Positions 1 to 13,084 of a stretch of DNA of 64,000 nt are shown here, in pieces. Below the pieces are notes generated by a model, which made no database searches, was not told the DNA's origin, and saw only the letters and a program-made list of their open reading frames with translations. How positions within the stretch are numbered: the stretch's first letter is position 1; each line of letters opens with the position of its first letter. The stretch lies in assembly GCA_973895155.1 (NCBI GenBank), contig OZ316898.1, positions 4,947,079-5,011,078 on the forward strand. The letters are read 5' to 3'. The translations under genes were made by a program, and so were the position numbers. The DNA is from Marsupella aquatica. Taxonomy: Eukaryota > Plantae > Marchantiophyta.

Positions 1-3000
1 TGAAAGAAACCTCGCCAATGCGGCCTCTGAGGAGGAGCCAGGAGGAGGAGGAGGTAAGCAGCTGGTAGATAGGGGGCGAAGGAGACCTCTAGATGGGAAG
101 GTGAGCAAAGCAGCAGCCACAGGAGGAGGCGGAGGAGGAGGACCTTCTGGCAGGGGTGGTAAAGGAAAGGAGATGAGAGAGAAAGAGGAGTTGAATGATG
201 AGAGGGGGGAGTCCAGAGAGAGGGCATTGCAGGAACGGGATGCAGCTGAAAAGGAGGTGGCAACTTTGAGGCTCGCACTGGAACGACTCACAAAGGAGAT
301 GAGAGCGAGAATGTCAGACATTGCCAAGGAGGAAGGGGAGCGGCGCCGATTGCTGGACGAGAAGTCCGATTCTAGGTCTTGCCCTGCTCCTTCCTTTCTC
401 TACTCCGCCCGCTTCGGTACCCATTGTTCGTCTATCACATATGTGTTCGATTTCATATTTTCCCCAGTTGCAGCCCACCTCCCGTTCCTTCACCTTCCTG
501 ATTAACGTGAAAACAGTGGCGCTTGTCCCTACCATCTGGGTTATGGTAATGTAGATCTTGGAGTTCTGCCTCTTCCCCCTCCGTCTCCGTCCACAATGTG
601 CCTCATTACTTCTTGCTTACTTAGCGAACTCTCCATCTCGTACCTTTTGTCTTCTCTCCCTGGTGGGAGTTCGTGGACTTTAAAAATCAAATTCACACAT
701 TCGTTCCACTTATTTCGCTTGCGTGGTGTTCCTTCGCCTTACCAGTGATGTGGGTCCAGATGTTCTGCCTCTCTTCGTCTGTACCCACGAAATTATCTTG
801 GCTTTATAAATGATCTGATTCAGCTGTAGCAAACATCAGAGAATTGAAGGTTTCACAGCCTCTGCACTTAAATACGTGTATGTTGAGAATTTTCTTGCTT
901 CTATCGAGGTTTTGTTGCGAGCTCTTTGGGACCATTACTAAAGAGCAAGAGTAAAATTGAACTATAGTGTTCTCAGAAAGATAACATGCTGAAGAAATTG
1001 ACAAGCACGGCCTGTCCCTTGCGAAGTTGGGGATCTGTTTATTCAATTTATTGTTTCATTCTGTTTCTTTTCGTTGCCACATGTGTTTTCCACCTCGCCA
1101 CATGACCTGCAAATGATAGATCGCAAGGAGTCAATGTGATTTTCGACTCGGATTGAGTGAGGATTTAAGGATGGCAATCAATTCTGCAGGTACAAGCAAG
1201 TGCTGTTGGAAGCATATGACCAACGTTGTGAGCAAGCCATTAAAATCCTGTCTGAATACTGGCGACGATTACATAGTTATGTAGAGCAAGCCAGGGAGTC
1301 ACAGCGAGGCAAGACAGGCTGGTCGGACGTGGCAGCTCCCGATTCCATGCGCACCAGAAGGGAGCCGGCATTGTATACCACTGCCATGAAAGGAGGTCGT
1401 CTAGTTGAGGATGAAATGGTTGTAGAAACTGCAGAGGACAGGAGCATTAGGCTAACATGCGAGATGATCTCAGCCAACCTTGTTGAGAAAATTAGAGCCG
1501 CCTTCCCTGCTTATGATGGAGATGCAGCTAGACCTGAGATTCAGTTGAGGGACACCAGACTTGGGTTAGTAGTAGATACGGCAGATGGCATACCCGAGCA
1601 GGTGAGGGAGACAGCTCTGCGTATGTTAAAGAGCCCTCAACAACTGCTCCAAGCTATGGTTAATTACTCGTCTCGTGTAGTCACTGCCATTCAACGTGAG
1701 ACTGAGGACATTGATATCAGAGCTGATGCAGAACATCTGAGGTGATTCTGCTTTTCTCTCCCCCTTTTTCTTGTCAATGTTAATGAGCGTATCAGAAGAA
1801 GTAGTTGTGCGTTCTTTTGTTTCTCTTTTTCTTCTATGAATGAGATAAAGATATCTTACATCAAGTGTACAGAGCCAGGACTGAATTAGACATTAATGAC
1901 AGTCTTGTCCTTGACCTTCCAAGCTTGCTTTAGATCTAGAAGTCGTCAATTTAAGAATTTTTACATTGAAGGCTATTTGGCGTTACATTTATGTAGATAC
2001 AGGTTCGAGAATAACAGAGTAACGGAAGATGTCTCTTCCTTGAAAGACAAGAGTTCTCTAGCCACCCAATCAAACGGTGAAGAGAAGACTAAAGGCGGCC
2101 TGGATTCAAGCAGCAATGGGATGTTTAAACAACTTCGAGACAGACAGGTATGCAAAATTTGACAGTTGATGTAACATTAGTACATAAGACAGGACTCGAT
2201 GATAGAAACCTCATTCTGTGGTAGTTTCTAAAATAAGCTTTGATAAACGCATACAACACCAGATCTGAATTTGATGGATTGACCTTCCCAGGTAGTTTTC
2301 AGACCCACAACTTATCTTTCCTTGTGCAGACTGCCCATGTCCAACAATTTATGGCAACAGAGCGGATGCTCAACCAAGGTGCAGATGCGAAGAAGGAGAG
2401 TGAAGAGATAGTGAGACGATTGTATGGTGTGCCGAATGGGGAGGAACCTGCTGTGTCTATGAATGGCAGTGATGCACCACAAAATGCAGGGAGTTTGAGG
2501 CAGCTTCAGGTATGGAAAACGATTTAGCTCATTGTGAACACCTGAGTCTTGTTAAGAATTCGACCGCTGTGGATCATGACGCTACCCAGTAATCATCACT
2601 GATATCCTCACAAGGCATAGTCTCAAAAGGTGCAGCCACTTTTTTGTGGAAGATCGTCGTGACCCGTATCTGGCTTGACAATCCTCTTAGAGATTGTCTA
2701 AAAGAGTGTAACTGCATGTCAGTAAAAAGTTCGGTCCTCATGAATCTGATTGCAATAATATAGTGCATCTTCAGCCTCGCTCGAGTTACTCGTTGCCTTG
2801 CAATCGTCCCCTTTTGTGTAGTGGTCCTCAAGTTATTGTAAAGTGTCTTTATATAGCTTGGTGACTGTACACCTCATCGCAAACGGAGGGTTTTTCCTCT
2901 TTCTCTCGCCCTCCACATCTCTAAAGACTTGCTCGCTAGCCATCTGTGATTTATACTAATATGTTCAGTTTCAGTTGCTCCGTTAAAGAATTGTACGACA

Positions 3001-5405
3001 TATGAGTCCCAGCAAAGGTTGTCTGCGGATATTTCATCTCACCTTCCTTTCGACTTCGGATGTAGTTGGAGGTGTGGTCCAAGGAGCGAGAAGTGGCAGG
3101 GCTGACGGCCAGCGTGGACAAGTTACAGTCTGAGGTCCAGCGTCTGACGATGATGTGCGAGGAAAGAAGACAAGCCAAAGAAGACCTTCGTCAGAAGTGG
3201 AGGAAGATTGAAGAGTTCAATGCTCGTCGTATGGAGCTGGAGTCTGTATATACTGCGCTTATTCATGCTAACATGGTGAGAGAGGGTGAATTCTTTTCAC
3301 TTCTGCTACTGGTCCTTGTTGAATTTCAACTGTAGTTTTTTCCCGGGTTCACAGTGTGTTGTGTCTTACGAGAGCTCTACCATGATTATATCTTTTGATG
3401 ACATGCTTTGCGGTCTGAGGGAAGGGAATCGTAGGAAATCTGGCTCATGACTTGAATAATTTGCAGGCAGCCGCAGCTTCCTGGGAACAGCACATGGTTG
3501 CTGCTAGGGAGCATTCCACCAACACAATTCTTCCAGTGTGTGCCATGCTACAGAACCAGGTCACAGATGCTTCGGATCTCATTGAAAGGGAGGTTACTGC
3601 GTTTCTGAGGACCCCAGATAATCGCCAGTACCTTTTTCCAGCCTTTCCCCAGGTGGGACAGTCTTGCTCTCTCTGCAGTTTGAATTTCTAAGAGACTATT
3701 TTATGATTTCAGTAGAGCCTCTCGGATCATTTTCTTTCCTTCTGTTGTATGTGTATAAAGGGAGTTTAAGAGATGGTCCTGCATCTTGCAATAATTGTGA
3801 TCAATTCAGATTACTCATAAATGGATCGCATATTGCCTTAAACACGTGGTTGATCGAAGAATTTGGAGTAGTCTCTTGGTTAAGTCGGTCTTTTGATTGT
3901 AGCGAATAAAGGCAGGCCTAAGCGATGGTGTGGAATTCAGAATTTTACTTAGTTTTAATACAACTCACGTAGGTTGACATTAGTTTTACATATGTGATGA
4001 ATATGCTGCACTATCTTGCATATGTTCAGCATTGCTTTTCAATAAAGTTGATATATGTTTTGCTGCGTTCGAAATGGCTTGACCAAGGGTGTGGACTGAA
4101 ATGAGTGCCTACTTAAACTGTTTATGCGTCCTGGAGTGAACAAACTGTCAACAATATTGCTGCGCAGGGGCTTATAGATGCGACGGGAGCAGGTAATTCT
4201 GCAGGGCCAGAGGCTGTTGCTGCTGCTCAGAAGAATGCAGATCTACTAACAGCCAGGGCTGGTGCAGGAGATCCATCTGCGATTTCTTCGATCAACCGAA
4301 TCAATGCTGCACTGCAAAATCCTACAGGTTAGATTAAGTTCAATTGAGGAATCATTTTTGCCCTCTCGCTACGTTTGGCGTGCCAGGTTTGACATGGAAA
4401 ATGGTGAAATGCTGCTAATGGCAGCCCTTTTTATCTTTTGCAGCGGAAGGAACAGATGCTGGTCTTGTAGCTGTTGTGGAGTCTCTTCAGGCCTTTTTTG
4501 GACACAGGGTCTCCGCTGCAAGTTTGCTGGAGGATGTGACTATTGCTGTCAATCAGATGCAAGTGTTGAGGGATCTTGTGAATAACAATCGCATATTACT
4601 GGCCTCTGCTAACTCAGCAAGGCCAGAATATGAAAGGTATGCACCAGTACTTACCAGGAGCTGGGTGCCTGAGATGATTTCCCTCCCAGATAATGCTGAA
4701 GAATTCGTTCTCTAACTATCCCGGAGTATTGGTGAAACAGAGCTTGATCAGCTTGTGAAGTTCACTGGATTTCAGGAGGCTACTTCAAAAATGATACTGA
4801 GGCTCATAGTTAAACCCGAACTTGATGAGTGAATTGGCAATTCACGAGGAGGATTTTTGTTGCTATAACCAACCCTGACAAAATCTACTCGGAAACGTCT
4901 TGTTCAGGAACGTAGAATCCTGTGCTGCAACAGCTTCAGAACAAGAGAAAATCGAGTTAGAGCAGTGGCTGCCTGAGCTCAAGGCTGCTGTTCAAGAAGC
5001 TCAAAAGTGTCTCGAGTACAGCAAGCATGTTCGAGAATTGGTAATTTATCACCTTTTTTCGCGGTTTGATATGCTTTGCATTTACCCTTAACTACTATAC
5101 CAATACCCAGCAGCTTAAGGAGAAGAATTGAAGACCATTAAATTCATCGAGTCTCAGCAAGGGACAGAAGTACCAAGGGAAGGCTTTGAAAGTTTGAACT
5201 GGGAAGGAGTAGTTAATTACAAATGAGGGAAATGACTCACATTTCTCATTGTTTGTCTTGAATTCTATTTCAGGTGGATGAATGGTGGGAGCAACCTGCT
5301 TCAACTGCTGTCGACTGGATCACAGTGGATGGTCAGAATGTGGCAGCCTGGCTTGCCCATGTCAAACAAATCCAAGCTACTTTCTATGAGAAGCAGCTCT
5401 TGTAA
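1..5405 (+). CDS. AUG5: Augmin/HAUS complex subunit 5, 5'-partial (starts before the window)
   Basis: GT-AG exons <1-375, 1190-1741, 1997-2147, 2330-2509, 3066-3275, 3467-3652, 4168-4327, 4444-4636, 4908-5040 and 5274-5405 (TAA) join in frame. Peptides [48 protein letters not shown] and C-terminal [25 protein letters not shown] match plant AUG5 as recalled. Confidence 0.9.
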
Positions 5406-6333
5406 CAAATGTCACTTTCTTAGTAATTGAAATGCACACAATTGAGGCGGGCCAGTTTCTACCAGGATTGGCAATTGGACACCACCAGGTGTATGTACCT
5501 CAGTTCCAGCACTTTTCTACAACCCTTGTCCTTGATTAGGATGGTCAATGATGAGAAGGCGTATGTTATCATGCATCCTACGAATCGACTGCCCAGGACC
5601 CCACCATCCGGAATATTGTAATAATTAGCTCCTAAGAACAAGGGTAACATCGGTGCCACAAATTATATCAACCTAACGGTCCTTCTTTCCCCTGACCTTG
5701 ATACCAATATGGAGTCCCACGAAAACAGCTGGGCACATAAATAGGGTTTGCAACCTTGATTAGTTCAATTTTATCAAGACGAATGGGACAACAAAGTGTA
5801 TGAATCCACTCATCTGCTAGCGACACGTTGTGCATATGATGGACGTCAAGTGCCTCAATTTGAGGCAGCGGAAGGTAGCGGGAATTGGTATATACAATTT
5901 CTCAGTTACCCGCAAAGAATAAATGTTCAGAATTTACAGATAATGCAATTCTGATGCAACGGAAATTTGTCAAATGAATCATCTACAAAGCCAAAAATAA
6001 AATGTTATCCTAGATTGTAGGGGCTCTTTAAATTGCGTGGGTCAGATATTTGTGTCACTTCGTTCAACATTGGATCAATAGCCTGGAAATTCGGACAGGA
6101 AAGGGTTGGGACTTTCTATTGAGTTCCAAATTGAGCCACTTGCGAGTCCTAAAGGTACCGTACCCACATGGAGTTTTATAACCTATTGCCATTGCCATTC
6201 CCATGAATCTGTGCTAGGGAGAGATGGCAAGTGCATGCAGACTTCAGTTTCAAACAGCAGTGGAAGGGCTTCTTCCTCAAAATATCCGGTGGAAATTGTA
6301 GTTATTACACTTTTCACTGCCTTTTTCCTGAAT

Positions 6334-6674
6334 TCTCCAGGTAGATAGGGTGGCTATTGATCCCCTACCCAGCTGAGTATTTCAAGTTCATTATCCTTGT
6401 CAAAGTACCACAGGAACTATCAGGTTTGCACAAAAAATAAGCAATTATTAATAAAAAAAACCCGAACTCTCCAGGAAGCCAGAGTGGCTATTGATCACCT
6501 ACCCAAATAGGTATTTCAAGTTCATTCTCCCTATCAAAGTACCATAGTGACTATCAGGTTTGCACAGAAAATAAACAAATTTTCTCCAGGTAGCCAGGGT
6601 TCCTATTGATACCCTGGGAGGATTTCATGTTCATTCTCCTTGTCAAAGTTTAGATTTATATAAAAAATAAACAA
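6334..6674. repeat. Three degenerate direct copies of a ~115-135 bp unit
   Basis: tctccaggtag...ggctattgat...tttcaagttcatt...tcaaagt...aaaaataa recurs at ~6334, ~6468 and ~6583. Confidence 0.75.
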
Positions 6675-6715
6675 TCATTGAAATTTTCAATATCACAGGG
6701 ACAACATTATTATTC

Positions 6716-6798
6716 AATGCTTAGAATATTGCTAAAATATGTACCATTAAACTGTCAACAAAATTTACAGTACATATTCTAGCAATATTCTAAGCATT
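6716..6798. repeat. Inverted repeat: 29-bp arms (1 mismatch), 25-nt spacer
   Basis: aatgcttagaatattgctaaaatatgtac (6716-6744) pairs with gtacatattctagcaatattctaagcatt (6770-6798). Confidence 0.85.
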
Positions 6799-7039
6799 TT
6801 GATATGAAACAATGATCCATTCGGTCGGTAAGTTATTTACTGTGACACATTTTGTATTTGTATCACTAGCAAGGCCCTTTTGTGGGCTATTCTATTGGGG
6901 AAAATTGGCTAGTAAAATGTTCATTGCAAGAAACCCTTCCTTAAAAGTTTGAGGGCGAATCTATCCCCGAAAGCTTCGAGAAAATGCAGGGAAAATCCTC
7001 TCCCGTAAAACTGAACTCAATATACTCTGAAAAGCGCGT

Positions 7040-7048
7040 TTTCGCGCC
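7040..7048 (+). promoter_or_regulatory. Candidate E2F site upstream of RFC2
   Basis: TTTCGCGCC fits the E2F consensus TTTSSCGS, about 0.7 kb upstream of a DNA replication gene. A telo-box (TTAGGGTTT) lies at 7475-7483. Confidence 0.45.
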
Positions 7049-7758
7049 ATATTTTCGATTTGTAGCAAGACGGTGCGAGCAATTTTTTCCCGTCCTTGGA
7101 TCGATTTCACCCATCGGTACTTGAGCTTAGAATTCAGGAGGAATTTCTCACCATTCTGTGGGCGGTGTTGGAGGATGGCCGCAAGATATGTTACACTATT
7201 GATACGTTTCCCAAAGAGTTGGGACGTGGTAGATCGATTGATCGTTTGATTGGTTTTCACGAGGCTTCACTTCAATTGCCTATTTGGAACCACCTCATTT
7301 CGGGTAATTCTTCTTGTGCTTCACCAGTTCTTCTTCAGGGGGAGCATTAGATCTATTGGTTGGCTTTCGCGAGGCTTCACTTCAATAGCTTGTTCTCAGA
7401 TTCTTCCGACCCCGGGCGGACGTTTCACCTCTGACAATTGAATTCTGTTTACGAGGAGGTTTAGGACTGGAGGTTTAGGGTTTAAGAAAAGGGGATGTGA
7501 TGCTCATTCGAGTCTGTAAATTGTGCTCACTGAAATCGGACTGAGGTGGGCATCGCCCTCAATCGTACTGAATTGGAACCACCTCTTCTTTCGTAATTCT
7601 TCCTGTGCTTCACCAGTAATTCTTGAGGGGGGCAATTCTTTGAGACTGGACACAGACATTATTTTCTTTCCCTGAACAGAAGGCACTTCATTGATCCTTC
7701 AGCCATCGACTGTGGCGCAGAAAATAGGTGTCCATTCGTAGTGCCAGCAGGGATCAGA

Positions 7759-10333
7759 ATGGCGGGATCAGGAGGAGGGATTGCGTCGGCAGGAAAGGAC
7801 TACAACTTGCCATGGGTGGAGAAGTATCGACCTCAAAAGATTGTTGACATAGTGGGGAATCAGGACGCTTGCATTCGCCTGCAGGTCATAGCTCGAGATG
7901 GCAACATGCCCAACCTCATATTTTCCGTATCCCCTTTAATCGAGATCTAGGGGTTGTTTCCGATATAGAACAGTGGTAAATGTTCTGATTGTTTAGCTCA
8001 TTTATGAATTGTGATTGGATTTTGCTCTCCCAGATAATCATTGAGTCGGTACAAAGTGGTGCGTTTGCGGTTAAAATTCTACAATGAACCTTGACTTTAG
8101 ATGATCAACGAAAAACAATTGAAACAGACTTAATGGTCGAAATCTATGTACGAGACAGCGAACTACTTTGTTGTTGAACTCACTGTATTGTGTCTCTGAC
8201 ATGAATATCCCAAAATGTGGTTCAGATTGTCTTCAAAGTGGCCCAGATTATAGTGGGAACCTGTTATCATTGGGAAGGTCGAAAGGCGTAGAAGTTGTGT
8301 GAGAGATAAATGTCGCAATGTATGGGCCAGCAATTCATGTAACTGACGAACTCAGCCATCAGGCATTTGCGTGATGAGAAACTAGTCTTTGCTCCGGTTA
8401 AGGGGTCCGTAATGTAGTGTACATGAGACCACTCGATCAGTTGTTCTGTATAGGATGTTCTCCACGTGCCGTGCTGGCCTTGACAGAAAGATTAACAGGG
8501 ACCTCCTGGAACTGGTAAAACTACCAGCATTCTAGCTCTTGCCCATGAGTTATTGGGCCCCAGTTTCAAGGAAGCCGTTCTGGAACTCAACGCCTCCGAT
8601 GACAGGTCAGTTTGTTAGTTTGTAATCTTCCATGAAATGTTGTTCTTTGGAAAACTGATGTATGTGATGTCTACATGGTTCAGAATCTAACTCTGGAACT
8701 GCAGCAGTCATCCATGAAGTTTACACTTAAGTTCTGTGCGCTTCATGAACTGCACTCACTTTTCTGAAAGACTTGTTTCTTGACGGTGTGGATTGTGGAT
8801 TGATGTCTGGCTACGTTGTTGGCTCAGGGGTATAGACGTAGTAAGAAACAAAATTAAAATGTTCGCTCAAAAAAAAGTCACTCTCCCACCTGGACGTCAC
8901 AAGATCATCCTCCTGGATGAGGCTGACAGGTACTGTCCTGCTCTTTTCAAATCTCGTTCTCGTCAGCATCTTGTTCGCCTGTCATGGTTTTACTGTGAAG
9001 GTTTTTCTCGTCACTTCATGTTTAGGGTTTTGTTAATTTCATTCATGATGGGTTTATTGTGAAGGTTGACAGAATTTTGTGGGGAATTCTTTGGACAGCA
9101 TGACATCTGGAGCGCAGCAAGCCTTGCGAAGAACTATGGAAATATATTCCAACACAACCCGTTTTGCTTTGGCTTGCAACATTTCGTCCAAAATCATCGA
9201 GCCAATTCAAAGTCGTTGCGCAATTGTTCGCTTCTCTCGGCTCACCGAACAAGAAATATTGAACAGGCTGATGGAGGTGGTCGAAGCAGAAAAGGTGATT
9301 TTGGTTTGAATATAAGAATTTCTTCCAAGAGCTGGGGTAGTTTTCAATACTTATCTAGCATGAGTTTTGACGTCGTTGGAATCACATTTTCACATTCTAT
9401 CTACATTTAATTGAAATTTCCAAAGTTCCTGTCCTCCTGTCTCAAGGTTCTTAAGTCATTGCAAGGTGGCCAGCACGTTTTGTTGTCTCGTGCGAGAGTA
9501 TTCAATGTTTTTGGTTGTCTTAAAGGTGCCATACGTACCGGAGGGTCTTGAGGCAGTGGTCTTCACTGCTGATGGTGATATGCGCCAGGCACTAAACAAT
9601 CTTCAGGCGACTTTCAGTGGCTTCCAATTTGTCAATCAGGATAATGTGTTTAGGGTGAGTAGAGAACTTGTGTTGTTCTCTAGTACCAGCTGAAGATGAT
9701 TTCAAATTTTGTGTGCTTGCAGACTCTTAAGAGTTGGAGAGTTTGTGGGAGTCGACATAGTCAAGTTGTCCAGTCACTCTAGAGTTATGACATGAATCTT
9801 GCTTTTTAATATGGCCAGGTCTGTGATCAGCCGCATCCACTAGTAATTCAAAGAGTTATTAAACACGCTTTGGAAGGCAACATAGATGAAGCGTACCAGG
9901 GATTGAAGCAACTCTCAGACTTGGGTTACTCGGCATCTGATGTGATCACCACATTGTTCCGTGTTGTAAAGAACTACGATATGGCTGAGTACCTGAAGCT
10001 GGAGTTTATTAGGGTAATTTTCGATACCTCGATTTACCTGTAAAGAGATGTAATTGCAGGTTCAATGGGGCATAATCATGAGAAGAAAGAATAGATATCA
10101 ATAATGATCTGTATCACTTTGCTGGCCTTTGACAATCTATTGCTGAAACAAAGTTAACGCATCGACTGGTAATTGAGCTGAAACGAGGTCCTCCTTGGTT
10201 AATTCAGATCAATCTGTTTGTACAGGAGGTTGGATTTGCACATATGCGAATAGCAGATGGAGTGGGCACCTTGCTGCAGCTGGCTGGGCTACTAGCCAAG
10301 CTATGCAAGGCTCGAACGAAAGTAGCAGTTTGA
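7759..10333 (+). CDS. RFC2: Replication factor C subunit 2 (clamp loader small subunit; yeast Rfc4 orthologue)
   Basis: Exons 7759-7926, 8499-8605, 8828-8929, 9099-9294, 9526-9654, 9819-10013 and 10226-10333 (TGA). Motifs PWVEKYRP, Walker [20 protein letters not shown], Walker B ILLDEADSM, IQSRC and [11 protein letters not shown]. Confidence 0.96.
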
Positions 10334-11032
10334 CGCCAGCTGCTTGAAAACAGACGACATACGTTCGCAAATGTTTTCTATCATTTAAAGTCGAAATGAG
10401 TTTCTGGTGCCAGTACAGTTCTGAAGAACAGCAGCCTGCAACATCGGGACCAGCTACCAAGATGCAGGGAACGGGAAAGAGTGAAAAGGTGATGGCGCAT
10501 TTCACTTCTCAGGACAGGCAGTGGAAAGCTGGCTTGTAGAAGCCGAAGACGTCTTCTTGAGCGTCAATTTTGCGTACCATGTCTATGATGCAATTTAGTC
10601 GGTTGCAATTCCTTCGCACGCGAAAATGGCCTCAACAGCTGAAAACAAATATAAGGTCTGGTTCCTCGTTCCCCCTTCACGCCTTTGTTTCACTTGGTCC
10701 ATCCATTCTGGAATTGGAGCTATATTCCTGTGGAGGTATTTTAAATTGGCTGTACATCTAGATTGTGAAGTAGGATCTGCTTCGAGGATTATGCGTGACA
10801 GTTGTACTTTGGGTCTGTACAAGTAAGAATCAATGGAAACTTTTGAGTTTAGAGTCTGATGGATGCGTCTGCTTTAATTCAATTTGGTGTTAGTACCGGT
10901 ATATGAAGATATGGGAATTGAATAAACTTTCATTGTAACTTCGATGTTGCATTCGTCAAAATTGTCTTCAAAGGCTGTGCAAACTTTGCGACCCGGTCAT
11001 GAATCGGACTCCTGTCTCAAGCAAAACGTTTT

Positions 11033-11290
11033 CCCTTTTCCTTGCTGCCATCGCTACTGAAAGGACATGAGCTTGGTTCTAATTAAGCGAAACGGTGAGA
11101 GGTGGTGGTACATAAACCCCCTTTTCCTTGCTGCCATCGCTGCTGAAAGGACATGAGCTTGGTTCTAATTAAGCGAAAAGGTGAGAGGTGGTGGTACATA
11201 AACCCCCTTTTCCTTGCTGCCATCGCTACTGAAAGGACATGAGCTTGGTTCTAATTAAGCGAAAAGGTGAGAGGTGGTAGTACATAAACC
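11033..11290. repeat. Near-perfect tandem repeat, 86 bp x 3
   Basis: cttgctgccatcgctactgaaaggacatgagc... starts at 11041, 11127 and 11213 (period 86) with only single-base differences. Confidence 0.95.
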
Positions 11291-13084
11291 TTTTCTGTCA
11301 ATCCCTGGATGTCAAAACACAACCAAGTGAGAAAAGATCAACTGATCGCCGAACACCGACAGCCGATTCCTTTCTTGTGACCGAAGTTACGTACATTGAT
11401 TCGGATATTGATGTGACTAGTAATTCTGACTCTATTATGGGCATCGATGCAGCAAGTTGCTCATTCATGATATTTGCCTTAGTGTCGCCAAACGGCAATT
11501 CGCTCGCCAATATATTCAAACTCAATTTTTTTTAGCTTTCTCGCAGGAATTTCTATTTCTTTAAACCTCCACAGGCAATCTTCGACCAAAGTGCTTCAAT
11601 TCTCAAGTTTCCATGAAGATCACTTCTTGATAGCCAACAGTGTCAGCCAGGACTATGGACATACAAGTTTCCCTCAGATGTAAAACTTCCCACCCGTAAC
11701 AGGAAGACATAGGATAAAATTCGGCAACTCTTAGCCACAGGCATGCAGCTCCTGTGGAAGCCATATGCGCATGCTCTCGTGGTACCAATTACACTATATC
11801 TCAGTGCCATCATAATTCACCAAGATGCCAGGATCGGGAACTGCTTCAATTCGGCGTCCTCCTCCCTTCAAAGGCTTATGACGTGTACGATCTCCTACTC
11901 TAATTGTCTAGATTCTGCCCTGGCTAATCCAATGACACTGCAAAATATAAATCCTCGTAGCCTAGACTGAACATCATTATGACAACCCAGCAGCTCTTAC
12001 ATTCCGTAGGATAGTACGGCGACAGGTCCCCGTACGTGAGAAAGGACTAATTATGTACAGCAACGTTAATCTAGAATCAAGCATTCATTCACCAGACATC
12101 AGGTGAGAGAGCACGAGGAACATTTCTATCCGTCCCCAGGTGCACGTTATTACCGTTTCCCTGTACAAGAGGTTACATTGTACAAAGCTTGGTCGTGGTC
12201 AATTTGCACTTTGGCCAGCAAAGACCTTCTGCTATATGTCTCATTTGTCTCCTGCGAGAAAAATGTCTGAATGATGAGCTCCAGAACATTGTCCAGAATC
12301 AGAGGTGAGAGGCATCTCATTGTCCTACAACAAACGGAAGGTCAGAATGATGACGCAAGAGACCCACCATGTCGGTCCCTCCACTGGCGTACGTTTTACC
12401 GTTTGGTCGTAAATCAGCGGAAAGCTCGGCGGTGGGTATACCAGGACGCCGTCAACGTATTAAATTAGAAGAGCCCTTGTACGCCGTCAATGCTACAGTA
12501 CTTTAGAGAAAAGGACACACAAACATTCCAGGGCACTGCAGACCGAGTCCTGACATCATTTCGGTTACCTCTGGTCCACATCCTTCCCAAAGCGTTCCGA
12601 CGTCTCCATGTCTACTTTGGAGAAGGAAACCACAGATCCCTGAGCACTCGCGATTAAGTTCATGCAGCTCACATCACGTTTTGATGGTGCATATAAACTG
12701 GTCTAATTAAGGAGGAGACAAGAAGGTCCGGAAGCATCACAGCCCACTACACCATCCAACTATACTTAATCTGAAGTGACAAGGGAAATTATTGGAATTT
12801 CTAGCAGGACAGGAGGCAAGAGGGTCATCGAGAGTGTGCTGGTCGAGGTCGAGCTCCCTGCATCTGATGGCCACCGCCCAAGTTCTCACACGAGAAAAAT
12901 CCATTCACAACCTGTACAGATTACCCCCGGGTCACAATTGTAGTGTAGGCGTTTGGACTATGATAGAAATACAATGCAGAAAGACCAGATTGCTTTGCAA
13001 CAGTGAAATCCGCCGAGCTTTGAATCTGAGCAGAGCAAAGCGCCGAGTACCAAGAACACTTGAACAATCGCCCACGTATGCATG

